A stretch of 64,000 nt of DNA from Octopus sinensis (taxonomy: Eukaryota), in the NCBI RefSeq assembly GCF_006345805.1, contig NC_043008.1, positions 49,166,001-49,230,000 of the forward strand, in the 5' to 3' direction. This document shows, piece by piece, positions 61,820 to 64,000 of this stretch. Position numbers and translations under genes: made by a program. The notes beneath the pieces were generated by a model. That model did no database searches and was not told where the DNA came from. It worked only from the letters and a program-made list of their open reading frames with translations. The stretch's first letter is position 1. Each line of letters begins with the position of its first letter.

Positions 61820-62594
61820 TGTATGAATGTGTGTGTAAGAAAACGGTCCACATCTCCACAAGGCACCATATCTCGTCAAATAATAAAAAGTAACATTTTG
61901 TGTCCAAACATTCACAGCAGCCACCCTGCCATTGCATATACCCTGATTGGGGTACTTATTGATTTTTATAGAACTCCCATGGGGTACTTTGATAATTTTA
62001 CTAAATGTTATAACATCGCTCATCAATCTGTGTGGGTGGGTGGATGGGTATGCACGTGTAATTGTGTGTGACTGAGCGATTGTGCACGTGTAAGTGTGTG
62101 TGACTGGGTGTGCGTGCGTGTGTGCATGCATGTGTTAGTGTGTGTGACTTTGAATGTGTGTGCGCATGTTAGTGTGTGTGACTGAATATGTTTAGGGTGC
62201 GGTGTATACATATGTGGGAATGTGTGTGGGTGAATGTTTTTGTGTGTGTGTGGGTATAATACATGTGCGAGTGTGTTTGTGAGTATGTTGGTAGTTGGGT
62301 GTGTGTGGACTAAATGATTGTATGTGTTTGTGGGTGTTTGTTAAGCATATACGTATATGTGTGTGTGTGTGTGTGTGAGTATGTGGGTAGGTGTAGGTGA
62401 GTGTTGGTGTGTGTGCATATGCTTGTATGAAGGTGTATGTGAATATGTTGATTGTTACGTGTGTGTGAGTGTAAGAAAACAGTTCAACATCTCGACAAGG
62501 CCCCAAATATCTTAGACCCACCAAAGGGGAACTCAAAACCCCCAAGATTGGGTTCTAAACGATTCTCAGTAAGAAAACTTACAGCAAAAGGGAT

Positions 62595-63242
62595 CCCTCT
62601 CTCTCCCTTTCTCACTCTCTCCTCTTTCTCTTTCTTCCCCTACCTCCCTCTCTCTCTCTTGCTCTCTCTCCTTCTCTCTCTTCCTCCACTTTCTCTCCAT
62701 CTCTCTTTCCCTGTCTCTTTCTTTCTTTCTCTCACTCTCTCTCCATCCTCTTTCTCACTCTCTTCTCTTTCTTCCCCCTGTCTCCCTCTCTCTTTTCCTC
62801 CCTCTCCCTCTCCCCCTCTTTCTCTCTGTCTCTGCTTCTTTCTTTCTCTCACTCTCTCTCCCTCCTCTTTCTCTCTCTCTCTCCCCCTACATTTCTCTCT
62901 CCCTCTACATCTCTCTTCCCCTGTCTTTCTCTTTCCCTATATCTCTCTCCTCTTGCTCTCTCTTTCTCCTCTTTCTCTTACTTCCCGCTCTCTCCCTCTC
63001 TTTTCCTCTCTCTCTCTTCCCCTCTGTCTCTCTCCTCTCTCCTCTTTCTCTTTCTCGTTCTCTCCTCTATCTCTTTCTTCCCCTATCTCCCTCTCTCTTT
63101 TCTTCTCTCTCCTTATCTCTCTGTATCTCCCTGTCTCTGTTTCTTCTTCTCACTCTCACTCCCTCCTCTTTCTCTCTCTCCCCCTTCTTTCTCTTTCCCT
63201 ATCTCTCCCTCTCTCTCTCTCCCTCTCCTTCTCCCTCCCACC
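62595..63242. repeat. ~650-bp polypyrimidine (CT-rich) low-complexity tract
   Basis: Almost exclusively C and T on the + strand. Confidence 0.95.
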
Positions 63243-63695
63243 TAAAACAAGTCCCTGGTGTTGTTGCGTAAAATGCAATAATATTGCCAGGCGGCAAAAC
63301 ATTGGTGTCATAAGGGGAGGGTTTGTGAAGGGTTCTCAAACATGTGGTAGACATGCTCCATTAACTGCAGAATATTAAGGTTACATGAACGACACAGCAG
63401 GAATGAGCTGAGATAAAAACTGGAGGCGTTTGCTCATTCGGTTTTGTTTTTTGTGTGTGTGTGTTTTTTCCATGTCGGCATGGGTTAGATGGATATATAT
63501 ATTCTTGAGGTATTGTTTTACAGCTGGATGCCCTTCCTGTCATCAACCCTTATCTGTTTCTCAAGTAAAGGATCTCTTATTTCACATTCCCTCGAAGGTG
63601 AAAAGGGAGCACAGGCTCAAACAAGCACACATGTACACACATATATGCATATACACACACATACATATATATATATGTGTGAGTGTGTGTGTGTG

Positions 63696-63751
<56 letters not shown>

Positions 63752-63848
63752 AGTATATATATATGTGTGTGTGTGTGTGTATATATGTGTGTGTATACAT
63801 ATGTATGTATGTATATATATATATATGTGTGTGTGTGTGTATTTATAT

Positions 63849-64000
63849 AGGCACAGGAGATTGCTTACCAACCACATGGTTCCAGGTTCAGTCCCACTGC
63901 ATAGCACCTTGGACAAGTATCTTCTACTCTAGTCCTGGGCCGACCAAAGCCTTGTGAATGGATTTGGTAGATGGAAACTGAAAGAAGCCTGTCATATGTG
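63849..64000 (+). mobile_element. CORE-like tRNA SINE, running off the window
   Basis: aggcacaggag head, ggttcagtccc B box and caccttggacaagt core. Confidence 0.8.

Noticed and set aside
62452-63378. 308-aa Leu/Ser/Pro ORF
   Set aside because: A CT-only tract cannot contain stop codons, so the open frame carries no coding signal.

Overview
This is AT-rich, repeat-saturated animal genomic DNA, most likely from a coleoid cephalopod (Octopus-like). That assignment is inferred from the SINE/RTE repeat repertoire, not from a database search. Host coding sequence is sparse. Two + strand exons of a nicotinamide riboside kinase gene (NMRK1/NRK1-like) lie at 56561-56628 and 59079-59169 and splice to MNRKNILSVGISG|ATNSGKSSLTKKLAEYFPNSTSFCQDDYFR; the gene continues past the window. 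An unidentified intronless 108-aa ORF (26268-26594) sits in a repeat-poor, promoter-like island, and a strong splice donor at 28101/28102 may end the non-coding first exon of NMRK1. The rest is decayed transposons (RTE LINE fragments, three mariner relics, one maT/DD37D-type relic, piggyBac-type MITEs, several tRNA-derived SINE families), microsatellites and a near-identical 1664-bp tandem duplication. The most striking structure is an ~8.6-kb array of ~130 copies of a 66-bp unit (44347-52925). It is a runaway expansion of the repeat module in the 3' end of the local RTE retroelement, carries about five shuffled biallelic sites and two small hairpins per unit, and has one stop-free antisense frame. 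The window is also rich in short fold-back inverted repeats, including two head-to-head palindromic dimers of the RTE tail. Most ORFs in the supplied track are microsatellite or repeat artefacts.
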